From positions 1-47,329 of IMG/VR virus record IMGVR_UViG_3300031938_000007: a stretch of DNA of 47,329 nt. One strand, written 5' to 3'. This stretch comes from a virus. Taxonomy: Duplodnaviria > Caudoviricetes. Numbering within the stretch: the stretch's first letter is position 1; every line of letters begins with the position of its first letter. Under the pieces are notes generated by a model that was not told where the DNA came from, did not search any database, and saw nothing but the letters and a program-made list of their open reading frames with translations. Positions 24,831 through 32,772 of the stretch are shown one piece after another. Made by a program: the position numbers and the translations under genes.

Positions 24831-26254
24831 CCTTCACCCCCATCCAGGCCGGACGTCCCAAGAGCATTCGTGACCCGCTCTCGGGACAGTTCGTCATGGC
24901 CGGGAGACACAAGACCGCGGAGGTGCTGGAAGGCGCCGGGGTCTCCAAGCGGGTGATGTCCCAGTCCGAGCTGGCCCGGCGCAAGAAGTTGCAGAGCCAC
25001 ATCGCGGTGACCACCTCCACCCTGGGCCTGGGCGCCCTGGGACTCAAGGGTGGCTCGATAGCCGCCGGTCGGGTGGGCCGAACCGCTGCCAAGGCCAACG
25101 AGGCGGCGGGTGCCTTCGTCCACTCTCCGGCCGCAGTGCGGGCGGCCAAGTACACCAAGCTGTCCCACCAGCTCAACAACACTGCCATCAACACCGGCAT
25201 CGTCTCCTCGGGCGTCGGTGGGGTGGGCGGCTACAACTTCGCGGCGTACACCAAGGCCGAAGGCCAGAAGAAGATCAAGAAGAGCTGGGAGCCCGGGATG
25301 GACTTTGGACTTGGTGGAGTGCATCAGGGCGAGGAGATCTCCAAGAAGGACTGGCAGAACATCTCCGAGCACGAGCGCCGGGCCAGGGACTCTCGTCGCA
25401 CCCGTGGCCGGGCCAAGAGCGTGGCCGGGCTGGGCTCCACCGTGGGCGCTGCTGCGCTGGCGCATGGCATCTACAGCGGCAAGGACCCGTTCAAGGAGGC
25501 CCATGTCGTGGGCCGTGCCGTCAAGGGCGGAGCTCAGGGAGCCTGGGCCAACAAGGGCCGGGGCCCGGAGGCTGCCTTTGCTCGCAAGGCCAACCTGCGT
25601 GCCGTGGGCAGCGTCGCTCGGTCCATGCCGCACGGCAGCACCGCCCTGGCTGGCTATGGCACCGCGCTGGCCGCCGGTGGCGTGATGGCCGGTGCCCGGT
25701 TCAACGAGAAGCGCCACGACCGGGCCATTGCCCGCCAGCGTCGCGCCCGGGTCGGCAAGTCCTTCACCGAGGTGGACAAGAGCCTGCGGGTCCCGAGCAT
25801 CAAGCTCGGGGACCCCGCGAAGATGACGGTGAAGTCCAAGGTGATCAAGCCCAAGAAGGGCACCTTCACCCCGCTGAGCCACGACCGCCAGATCGGCAAG
25901 GCCTACGACCCCGAGCGCAAGCGGCAGAACCGTCTGTCCCGGTACCAGAACGCCACCATGTTCGGCTCGGGGGCCATGGCACTGGGCGCTGCACAGACTG
26001 CGCGTGGCGCGGTCGGTCACAAGTCTCGCGAAGAGTGGCGCACCAAGAAGAACACAAGCTTCAAGGTGAACGCACCCGGTACGGGGCTCCACTCTCCCTC
26101 TGGTGCCGTGGTGCGTGGCTCCTTGAAGAAGCTCGGCAAGGCTGGTGCCCTGGGCGTCGGCGCAGCCGGTTTGGCCATCGGGTCAGACCGGATCAAGCAA
26201 TACCGCAAGGGCCGGGGACGCAGCTACACCCCCATGCGTGCCATTGGCTACTGA
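24827..26254 (+). CDS. Highly basic Gly/Ala-rich modular protein (475 aa from ATG 24827)
   Basis: ATGA overlap; repeated basic-hydrophobic-basic modules separated by VSK, ISK, VGK, VDK, IGK sites. Confidence 0.75.
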   Translation: MTFTPIQAGRPKSIRDPLSGQFVMAGRHKTAEVLEGAGVSKRVMSQSELARRKKLQSHIAVTTSTLGLGALGLKGGSIAAGRVGRTAAKANEAAGAFVHSPAAVRAAKYTKLSHQLNNTAINTGIVSSGVGGVGGYNFAAYTKAEGQKKIKKSWEPGMDFGLGGVHQGEEISKKDWQNISEHERRARDSRRTRGRAKSVAGLGSTVGAAALAHGIYSGKDPFKEAHVVGRAVKGGAQGAWANKGRGPEAAFARKANLRAVGSVARSMPHGSTALAGYGTALAAGGVMAGARFNEKRHDRAIARQRRARVGKSFTEVDKSLRVPSIKLGDPAKMTVKSKVIKPKKGTFTPLSHDRQIGKAYDPERKRQNRLSRYQNATMFGSGAMALGAAQTARGAVGHKSREEWRTKKNTSFKVNAPGTGLHSPSGAVVRGSLKKLGKAGALGVGAAGLAIGSDRIKQYRKGRGRSYTPMRAIGY

Positions 26255-26296
26255 GGGTGTTGCACAGATCAGGAAACTTAGAACGAGGTACAAGGA

Positions 26297-27112
26297 ATGA
26301 CCAAGCGCGTACGAGAAATTCGTGACCTGATCATCGACGAGGTGTCGCTGGTCGACAAGGGCGCGAACCAACACGCATCAGTCACTATCGCCAAGTCGTA
26401 CGACGGCGAGGAGGAACAGGGTATGGACATCTTCGACGAGCAGGGCAACCCGCTCGACGCCGAGACCCTTGAGGACGGTGCCATCGTCTACGGCGAGGAT
26501 GGTCAGGCGTACCTCTTTGAGCTCGATGGACAGGACGAGGGCGAGCAGGAGCTGCAGTACGAGGACGAGCCTGAGCTCGCCAGCGTCGGCAAGGCTTTCC
26601 GCCGCCCCGAGCCGGTGGCCAAGCGCGCCAGCGCTGCCGAGGTGCTTCGCGAGGAGCTCTCCAAGGCGCTCACCGACGACGACCGCGACCAGGCCATCTC
26701 CAAGGCCCTGGCGGCCGTGGACGCCTACGCGGACCAGGCTGCGGCTGCCGAGGAGATCGCCAAGTCCGAGCGCGACATGCGCCTGGACCGCGAGTACACC
26801 GAGATCGCCAAGTCCTACAACCTGCCCGTGCACCCCGGTGTGCTCGGCCCGGTGATGAAGCGCCTCGCCGAGAACATGTCCGAGGACGACTGCGCGGTGA
26901 TCGCCAAGTGCTTCGACGCGGCTAGCGAGGCCCTCTTCGACGAGGTCGGCTACCAGGGCGGCGGCGACAACGCGGACATTTTCTCCCAGGCCCAGGCGAC
27001 CGTCGACCAGATGGTCTCCAAGTCCGGCGGTAGCCGGGAGCAGGCGCTGGCGGACTTGTTCGAGTCCAACCCAGCGGCCTACGACGAGTACCTCGCCGAG
27101 AACCAGCGATAA
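26297..27112 (+). CDS. Capsid scaffolding protein with N-terminal protease-like EVSLVD..AN segment
   Basis: Acidic and helical, directly upstream of decoration/MCP genes; many IAKS/VSKS/LSKA sites; C-terminal NPAAYDEY helix. Confidence 0.8.
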   Translation: MTKRVREIRDLIIDEVSLVDKGANQHASVTIAKSYDGEEEQGMDIFDEQGNPLDAETLEDGAIVYGEDGQAYLFELDGQDEGEQELQYEDEPELASVGKAFRRPEPVAKRASAAEVLREELSKALTDDDRDQAISKALAAVDAYADQAAAAEEIAKSERDMRLDREYTEIAKSYNLPVHPGVLGPVMKRLAENMSEDDCAVIAKCFDAASEALFDEVGYQGGGDNADIFSQAQATVDQMVSKSGGSREQALADLFESNPAAYDEYLAENQR

Positions 27113-27127
27113 GAACGGAGGAAGTAA

Positions 27128-27544
27128 ATGGCATACGAAGAGAGCCTCCGGTCTATCTCGCTCAACGCGGACTCGTCCGTCGCGGTGTACACCGGCGTGC
27201 CGAACACCCCCGGTGCTGCTAACCCGAACTACGGGTTCCAGTACCGGTTCGTCAAGGTCACCGGTACCCACCAGGTGGGTCTGGCCACGACCAAGGCAAC
27301 CGACGTCTCCGTCGGAGTCATGCAGAACAAGCCACAGGTGACCGGTCAGGCCGCCACCGTGGGCATCCGCGGGGTGACCAACGTGATGGCCGGAGCGGCC
27401 GTCGCTGCGGGCGCTGCAGTTACGTGCGATGCCAACGGGCGCGGGATCACCGGCACCGTGGGAACCGACAAGTGCTACGGCATCGCTCTGGCAGCGGCCT
27501 CGGGAGCTAACGAGCTCTTCCCGGTCCTGCTCACGATCGGCTGA
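27128..27544 (+). CDS. Capsid decoration/cement protein (DUF2190-like)
   Basis: YRFVK...GVMQNKP..GQAATV.I.G...V.AG.AV.AG..V..DA.GR...GIAL..A; lies between scaffold and MCP. Confidence 0.75.
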   Translation: MAYEESLRSISLNADSSVAVYTGVPNTPGAANPNYGFQYRFVKVTGTHQVGLATTKATDVSVGVMQNKPQVTGQAATVGIRGVTNVMAGAAVAAGAAVTCDANGRGITGTVGTDKCYGIALAAASGANELFPVLLTIG

Positions 27545-27556
27545 GGAAGGTAAGGA

Positions 27557-28552
27557 ATGAACCCCACCCAGAGCGATCTGCACGTCAACGCCCCGCTGAC
27601 GAACGTTTCGGTCGCCTACATCCAGAAGTCTGACGCGTTCATCGCGACAAAGATCTTCCCGAGGGTCTCTGTTGCGAAGCAGTCCGACCTCTACTGGAAG
27701 TACTCCAAGTCCGACTGGCGTCGTACCGACGTGCAGCGCCGGGCCCCGTCCACCGAGACCCCTGGTGTCGGCTGGAACGTGACCACGGACAGCTACTTCG
27801 CGCACGTCTACGGCGTCCACAAGGACATCGACGACCAGCTTCGTGCCAACGCGGACTCCCGCTTCCGGCTCGACAGCGACGCCACCGCGTTCGTGACCAA
27901 CCAGCTCCTGCTCAAGCGGGACATCGACTGGGCGGCCACCTACTTCAAGACCGGCGTCTGGGGCACGGACTACACCGGCGTGGACGCCTCCCCGACGGGC
28001 AGCCAGCTGCTCCGTTGGTCGGTGACCACCTCGGACCCGATCTCCCAGCTGTCGACTCTGCAGGTCAACTTCGTCCAGCAGACCGGCTTCAAGGCCAACA
28101 CCCTCGTGCTCGGCGCGAACGTGCTCAAGGCCCTGAAGAACCACCCGGCGATCATCGACCGGATCAAGTACACCCAGAAGGGCATCGTCTCGACCGATCT
28201 GATCGCGACGCTCTTCGACGTGGACAAGGTGCTGGTGTCGTATGCCACCTCCGCCACCGGCCCGCAGGTGCCGGATGCAGCTGCCCAGGACGCTGCTGCA
28301 TCCTTCAGCTTCATCGCCAACCCCAACTCGGCGCTGCTGTGCTACACGCCCTCCAGCCCCTCGCTGATGCAGCCCGCTGCGGGCTACACCTTCACCTGGA
28401 ACGGCTACCTCGGTGGCAACGGCCAGGGCATCCGGGTCAAGCGGTTCCGCATGGAGCAGATCGCCTCGGACCGCATCGAGGGCGAGATGACCTACGACAT
28501 GCGAGTGATCTCGCCGGACGTGGGCGTCTTCCTCAACGGCATCGTGGCCTGA
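27557..28552 (+). CDS. Major capsid protein (HK97 fold)
   Basis: LHVNAPLTNVSVAY.Q...FIA..IFP.V.V.KQSD.Y..Y, PN/ANTLVLG..V..AL.NHP.II.RIKY, PAAGYTF.W; 331 aa. Confidence 0.9.
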   Translation: MNPTQSDLHVNAPLTNVSVAYIQKSDAFIATKIFPRVSVAKQSDLYWKYSKSDWRRTDVQRRAPSTETPGVGWNVTTDSYFAHVYGVHKDIDDQLRANADSRFRLDSDATAFVTNQLLLKRDIDWAATYFKTGVWGTDYTGVDASPTGSQLLRWSVTTSDPISQLSTLQVNFVQQTGFKANTLVLGANVLKALKNHPAIIDRIKYTQKGIVSTDLIATLFDVDKVLVSYATSATGPQVPDAAAQDAAASFSFIANPNSALLCYTPSSPSLMQPAAGYTFTWNGYLGGNGQGIRVKRFRMEQIASDRIEGEMTYDMRVISPDVGVFLNGIVA

Positions 28553-28565
28553 CGAAGAACCCTGT

Positions 28566-28603
28566 AGGAGGGGGCTGAGAGGTTAGCCTCTTGGCCCCCT
28601 CCT
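28566..28603 (+). terminator. Stem-loop terminator after the MCP gene
   Basis: AGGAGGGGGCTGAGAGG-ttag-CCTCTTGGCCCCCTCCT inverted repeat (with G-U pairs). Confidence 0.75.
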
Positions 28604-28620
28604 TCACATCTAGGAGAGAC

Positions 28621-28866
28621 ATGCAATCGGTGTGGGGTGTGGACCACGGTCCCGATGAGGTCGCCAAGGGGTTCATGGACTACGTCCAGGCCCGCAAGGC
28701 GACTCACGAGAAGCGGAACCAGGCCCGCGGCAAGGGATTCAGGGAAGCAGCCGACCTGGACGGTCTGAAGCGGACCTTCACCTCTCGCAGCTACCGCAAG
28801 GCACAGACTGCCGAGCTGCGCAGCGAGTACAACAAGGCCAAGACGTCGAGGAAGAAGAAGTCATGA
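28621..28866 (+). CDS. Small basic protein beginning with the SVWGVDH..EVAK motif
   Basis: RBS AGGAGAG, ATG 28621 (the ORF-track start at 28591 lies inside the terminator); MQSVWGVDHGPDEVAKGF. Confidence 0.75.
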   Translation: MQSVWGVDHGPDEVAKGFMDYVQARKATHEKRNQARGKGFREAADLDGLKRTFTSRSYRKAQTAELRSEYNKAKTSRKKKS

Positions 28867-29381
28867 GCGAGTACCTCGGAACCCAGGGTGTGAAGTACAT
28901 CGTGGGCCGCCCGTTTACCTCCGAGGAAGGCGAGCACACCACCGGGGAGGAGATCCCGGCTCGGCTTGCCGAGTCCTGGCGCTACCTGGAGGCCTTCGTC
29001 GACACCGGCCTGCTGTACAAGGTGTACGGCGAGGGCTACGACCGGCTGCCCCCACACGTGTTCACTGCGGTGCGCACCAAGGAGGAGGCGCTGGCTGCCA
29101 TCGAGGGTGACCAGAGCTTCGTGTCGGCCCAGAACGAGTGGGAGAAGACCCCACAGATGGAGCAGGCCGAGAAGGAGGCCGAGGTCCAGGAGCAGCTGCA
29201 CCAGCTCGTGCTCGACCACGCCGCCCAGGCCCACGACCAGGCCGGTCACTCCGATGCTGAGAAGCTGCTGGCCACCGAGCAGGAGCAGCTCACCACGGAC
29301 TCGGGCTCGAAGGTCAAGGTCAAGCACGACGACGCTCCTGAGCCCAAGCCCGCGAAGAAGACGGCCGCCAAGAAGGCCTAA
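28863..29381 (+). CDS. Hypothetical virion protein after the MCP gene
   Basis: Coupled ATGA overlap; acidic, with a PAKKTAAKKA tail. Confidence 0.65.
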   Translation: MSEYLGTQGVKYIVGRPFTSEEGEHTTGEEIPARLAESWRYLEAFVDTGLLYKVYGEGYDRLPPHVFTAVRTKEEALAAIEGDQSFVSAQNEWEKTPQMEQAEKEAEVQEQLHQLVLDHAAQAHDQAGHSDAEKLLATEQEQLTTDSGSKVKVKHDDAPEPKPAKKTAAKKA

Positions 29382-29852
29382 ATGGGTTTCACCTACACCT
29401 CCAACCCCGAGAGCGTGCCGCTGGACTCGGTGCGCTTCTTGGTGGGTGACATCGACGCCAGCGAGCCTCAGCTGCAGGACGAGGAGATCAACTACCTCCT
29501 GCAGCTGTGGGGTGACCGGTCGGTGTACTACGCCGCTGCCATGGCTGCTGAGGCCATCGCCGCCCGGTATGCGCGTGAGGTGAACATCTCCGCGGACAGC
29601 CAGTCGCTGTCGGCAGGAGAGCTGCAGGAGAAGTATCTGAGCCTGGCGGATCGCCTACGGTCTCAGCACGAACAGCTGCTCGCCGGTGGACTAGTTGATG
29701 CGGGCGGCGTCACCATCGGCGAGCAGCCTGACCCCACCGTGCGCCCGTTGTCCTTCGGACGCGGCATGCACGACGACCCGGAGGCAGGCCAGCAGGACTT
29801 CGGTGGGTACGGCCCACCGGTGTGGATCCCGGAGATCAACGGGAGTTACTGA
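29382..29852 (+). CDS. Head-to-tail adaptor
   Basis: F.Y...P....LD.VRFL.GD.D....L.DEEI.YLL......Y.AA..AE.IAA..AR pattern; position. Confidence 0.75.
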   Translation: MGFTYTSNPESVPLDSVRFLVGDIDASEPQLQDEEINYLLQLWGDRSVYYAAAMAAEAIAARYAREVNISADSQSLSAGELQEKYLSLADRLRSQHEQLLAGGLVDAGGVTIGEQPDPTVRPLSFGRGMHDDPEAGQQDFGGYGPPVWIPEINGSY

Positions 29853-30265
29853 TGCGCATCTCACCGATGGCCAGTGGCTACATCCGCAAGCGGGCGACCG
29901 ACCTGATGCACGACGCCTGCAAGATCTACACCCCGGGCAAGCCGGTACTGGACCGCACCACCGGCAAGACGCACACCCCGGCCCCGACGATGAAGTACCA
30001 GGGGCCGTGCCGGTACTGGGAGGTCCAGGCCGGGCAGCAGATCCTGGTGGGAGAGGAGGAGCTGGTGATGACCCAGTCCTACCTGTCCCTGCCGTACGAC
30101 GCCGCGGTCCCCGAGAGCGACGACACGGTCCAGATCACCGCCTCCTCCGACCCCACCTTGGTGGGCACCACGGTGAGCGTCATCTCGGTGGTCCGCGGCG
30201 GTGGGCTGCGGGCCAGCCGCAAGCTGCTGGTGCGCGTGGTGGAGTCCCAGAAGGGGTCCTGGTAA
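29852..30265 (+). CDS. Head-to-tail stopper/closure (DUF6093-like)
   Basis: M.D.C.I..PG..V.D..TG...Y.GPCR...LP......D.V.IT.S.D..LVG pattern; position. Confidence 0.7.
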   Translation: MRISPMASGYIRKRATDLMHDACKIYTPGKPVLDRTTGKTHTPAPTMKYQGPCRYWEVQAGQQILVGEEELVMTQSYLSLPYDAAVPESDDTVQITASSDPTLVGTTVSVISVVRGGGLRASRKLLVRVVESQKGSW

Positions 30266-30723
30266 TGGGCTACGACGCTGCCTACGCAGACCTGACGGCA
30301 CTGGGCGACCGGCTGGCCAAGGCGGGCAAGCGCAGCGACGCCGCGCTGCAGGAGATGCTCCAGGACGCCGGGGAGAAGATCGCCAAGCGGATGCGCGAGC
30401 TGGTGCCGGTGCGTACCGGTCGGCTCAAGTCCGACATCCGGGTGGTCTCCATGCACATGAAGGTGGTCGTGGGTCCCACCACCGTGCCGTATGCCGCCTT
30501 CGTGGAGTTCGGCACCGGAGCTCGTGGGGAGCTCTACAACAAGGCCTACCTGGTCTCCACCCGCGGCACCGTGTTGGTGATCGACACCAAGAAGGCCTCC
30601 GGGCTGCGCGGTCAGAAGGCCTCTCCCTACGCCCGTCCCGCGGCTGCCGAGTACGTGGCCTCCTTGGGCCCCAGGGCGGCCCAGGTGGGCCTGGCCATGA
30701 TCACTGGGGGTCAGGGTGCCTAG
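30265..30723 (+). CDS. HK97 gp10-like neck/tail completion protein
   Basis: VPVRTGRLKSDI, YAAFVEFGT, PY.RPA. Confidence 0.8.
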   Translation: MGYDAAYADLTALGDRLAKAGKRSDAALQEMLQDAGEKIAKRMRELVPVRTGRLKSDIRVVSMHMKVVVGPTTVPYAAFVEFGTGARGELYNKAYLVSTRGTVLVIDTKKASGLRGQKASPYARPAAAEYVASLGPRAAQVGLAMITGGQGA

Positions 30724-31177
30724 CCCCACCGACGTCTCCCGTGGGGACCTGTCGGCGTGGCTGTTGGCCCAGCTGCGCAGTGAGTTCCTGGTCGGGGATG
30801 CCGAGGCTCCGGACGAGGGCGGCTGGGACCAGTCCCCCACCTCCGACAGCGCCTCCTACGCGGCCTACAGCGTGCTGACCCCGATGCCCTCGGGGGACAT
30901 CAGCGGACCGCTGGCCGACTCCAGCGCGGACTGGATCCTGCCCTACCGGATCGACTCCTTCGGGATCTCCCGCGAGCAGGTGGAGTTCCAGGCCGACCGG
31001 TGCCGGTTGCTGGTGCGCCCCACCGCCCGGCTGAACCTGACCCTGGGCAACGACAGCTACCGGATCCAGCAGGTCCGGACCACCAGTCTCGGAGGGGTGG
31101 GTCGAACCGACAACACCGAGCCTTCCGAGTTCTCCCAGAGCGACATCGTCGCTGTGTATCTCTCAAAGGAGCTGTGA
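30716..31177 (+). CDS. Tail terminator
   Basis: VGD..AP..GGW...Y.VL...G.SR.Q....AD..R pattern; position before the major tail gene. Confidence 0.65.
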   Translation: MPSPTDVSRGDLSAWLLAQLRSEFLVGDAEAPDEGGWDQSPTSDSASYAAYSVLTPMPSGDISGPLADSSADWILPYRIDSFGISREQVEFQADRCRLLVRPTARLNLTLGNDSYRIQQVRTTSLGGVGRTDNTEPSEFSQSDIVAVYLSKEL

Positions 31178-31362
31178 TGACGACCAAGAAGGACGAGCCC
31201 CAGGCCGAGCAGGTTGCCGTGGAGGTGACCGACGGAAAGACCGAGAAGGTCACCGTCACTCGCCAGGGTGTGGCGCTGTCCGACCCCTTCGGCAACGAGG
31301 TCTGGGTGCAGCCCGAGTCCGTGCCGGTGTGGCTGGAGCGCAAGTACAAGCTGAAGAAGTAG
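31177..31362 (+). CDS. Small hypothetical virion protein
   Basis: ATG overlapping TGA; V.V.PESVPVW...Y C-terminus. Confidence 0.6.
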   Translation: MTTKKDEPQAEQVAVEVTDGKTEKVTVTRQGVALSDPFGNEVWVQPESVPVWLERKYKLKK

Positions 31363-31434
31363 GGGTGGCTGGAAATGACCCAGCCTGCCTTGGACGATAA
31401 GAGCGGTAAGTACTACACCAACAAGGAGTAACCA

Positions 31435-31923
31435 GTGGCACGCCTCATCCCGAATGAGAACACCTGGGTCGGCTTTGCGACTACGGTTGCTTCGATCGCT
31501 GCCCCCACCGCTGCCGAGATCACGGCCGCAGTCGACCTGACGCACTACGTCATCTCGATCAACGCCAGCGCTCAGGGCAACTCGGTCCCCACCCCCAGCT
31601 TCGACACCCTGTTCGAGACCAGCATCCCGGGCACCTCCCAGGCGTCGTTCTCCGCGGACTTCTACCGTGACGACGCCAGCGGCGCCACGGGTGACCTGGC
31701 CTGGGTCACGTTGCCGCGAGCCACCAACGGCTTCTTCATCCTGTCCCGCTTCGGCGGTTCAGGTACGGCCAACCAGCCTGCGGCTGCGGACAAGGTCGAG
31801 GTCTGGCCGGTGGCCGTGGTCTCTCGGACCATGGCGAACATGAGCAACAACACCGTGATGACCTTCACGGTCACCTGCTCGGTTCCCGTGGAGCCTGCGG
31901 AGTCCGCAACTGTCGCTGCCTGA
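31435..31923 (+). CDS. Major tail (tube) protein
   Basis: RBS AAGGAG; IAAPT.AEI..AVDLT, AW.TL.R...GF....R.GG, KVEVWPV; lies upstream of the tail chaperones. Confidence 0.85.
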   Translation: MARLIPNENTWVGFATTVASIAAPTAAEITAAVDLTHYVISINASAQGNSVPTPSFDTLFETSIPGTSQASFSADFYRDDASGATGDLAWVTLPRATNGFFILSRFGGSGTANQPAAADKVEVWPVAVVSRTMANMSNNTVMTFTVTCSVPVEPAESATVAA

Positions 31924-31987
31924 CCTGGCTTTCCAGATCAGGTAGAGCTACCCAACACCCATAACCCTCTCCCGCCCGGAGGACGTA

Positions 31988-32410
31988 ATGCCTAGCAACA
32001 TCAGCGTTTCTACCGTTGCTGCGCGGCAGGACCAGAGCAAGGCCTCGAAGAAGGCCACCCTGGACCTGCTGCGCAGCAAGAAGCGTCGGTCCAAGACGAT
32101 CGCCATGTCGATCAACGGACAGACCGCCGAGTTCACCTTCACCGCCTTGGGCAGCCACGACCTGGATGCCCTGCAGGCCAAGCACCAGCCGACGCCCAAG
32201 CAGAAGATCGACGGGATGTCCTGGAACCCCGACACCTTCGCCCCGGCGCTGGTGGCGGCCTGCCTGCAGGACCCCGAGGTCTCCGAGCAGGAGATGAAGG
32301 AGATCTGGGAGTCCGGTGAGTGGTCGGCCGGTGAGCTCGGCACACTGTTCAACACGGCGTCCCAGCTGTGCATGGAGGGGATGGACATCCCTTTTACCGA
32401 GAGCGCCTGA
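31988..32410 (+). CDS. Tail assembly chaperone (G)
   Basis: F.ALG....DAL...H.PT..Q...WNPDTF.PALVAAC..DP...W..GE...LF..A..L; position before the tape measure. Confidence 0.8.
   Translation: MPSNISVSTVAARQDQSKASKKATLDLLRSKKRRSKTIAMSINGQTAEFTFTALGSHDLDALQAKHQPTPKQKIDGMSWNPDTFAPALVAACLQDPEVSEQEMKEIWESGEWSAGELGTLFNTASQLCMEGMDIPFTESA
32389..32395 (+). other. Programmed -1 ribosomal frameshift site C CCT TTT
   Basis: XXXYYYZ slippery heptamer just before the chaperone stop; the -1 frame is open to 32772. Confidence 0.75.
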
Positions 32411-32772
32411 GGAGCGACTCCAGCTTTTCCCTGGAGATGTCTTACTGCTACGAGCGGGGCATCTCCCACAGTGACTTCCTGTCCTGGGCGCCCCAAGACC
32501 GTGCCAAGACACTGGCCTTCGCCCTGGAGCAGGCGGCCCGGTGCCAGTTGTGCGGAACAGCAGAATGGGAGTGGACGGAGAACCGATTCGCCTATGAGGC
32601 CGAGGAGCAGTACTGCCGAGGGTGCTACCTGAAAGCGGTGGCTTCCGAGGGAAGTAACAACCTCCCCGGCACCACAGTCGAGTTGATCCCCGTTACTGAG
32701 CTCACCCGAGCACAGAAGAAGGTGAACCAAGCCCGGCTAGCGATGATGGACCTGGGCGACGAGGAGGGCTAG
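32395..32772 (+). CDS. Tail assembly chaperone frameshift extension (GT C-terminal part)
   Basis: -1 frame: EMSYC...GISHS.FL.W...DR.K.LA.......C..CGT...EW...Y.....C.GC; no independent RBS seen. Confidence 0.75.
   Translation, partial: YRERLRSDSSFSLEMSYCYERGISHSDFLSWAPQDRAKTLAFALEQAARCQLCGTAEWEWTENRFAYEAEEQYCRGCYLKAVASEGSNNLPGTTVELIPVTELTRAQKKVNQARLAMMDLGDEEG

Noticed and set aside
1963-31400. GAnGAT hexamers upstream of several late genes (about 1963, 9002, 16622, 22528, 31394) as a late-promoter motif
   Set aside because: Short and common in this sequence, spacing to starts is inconsistent, and no shared upstream element was visible; cannot be supported without TSS data.
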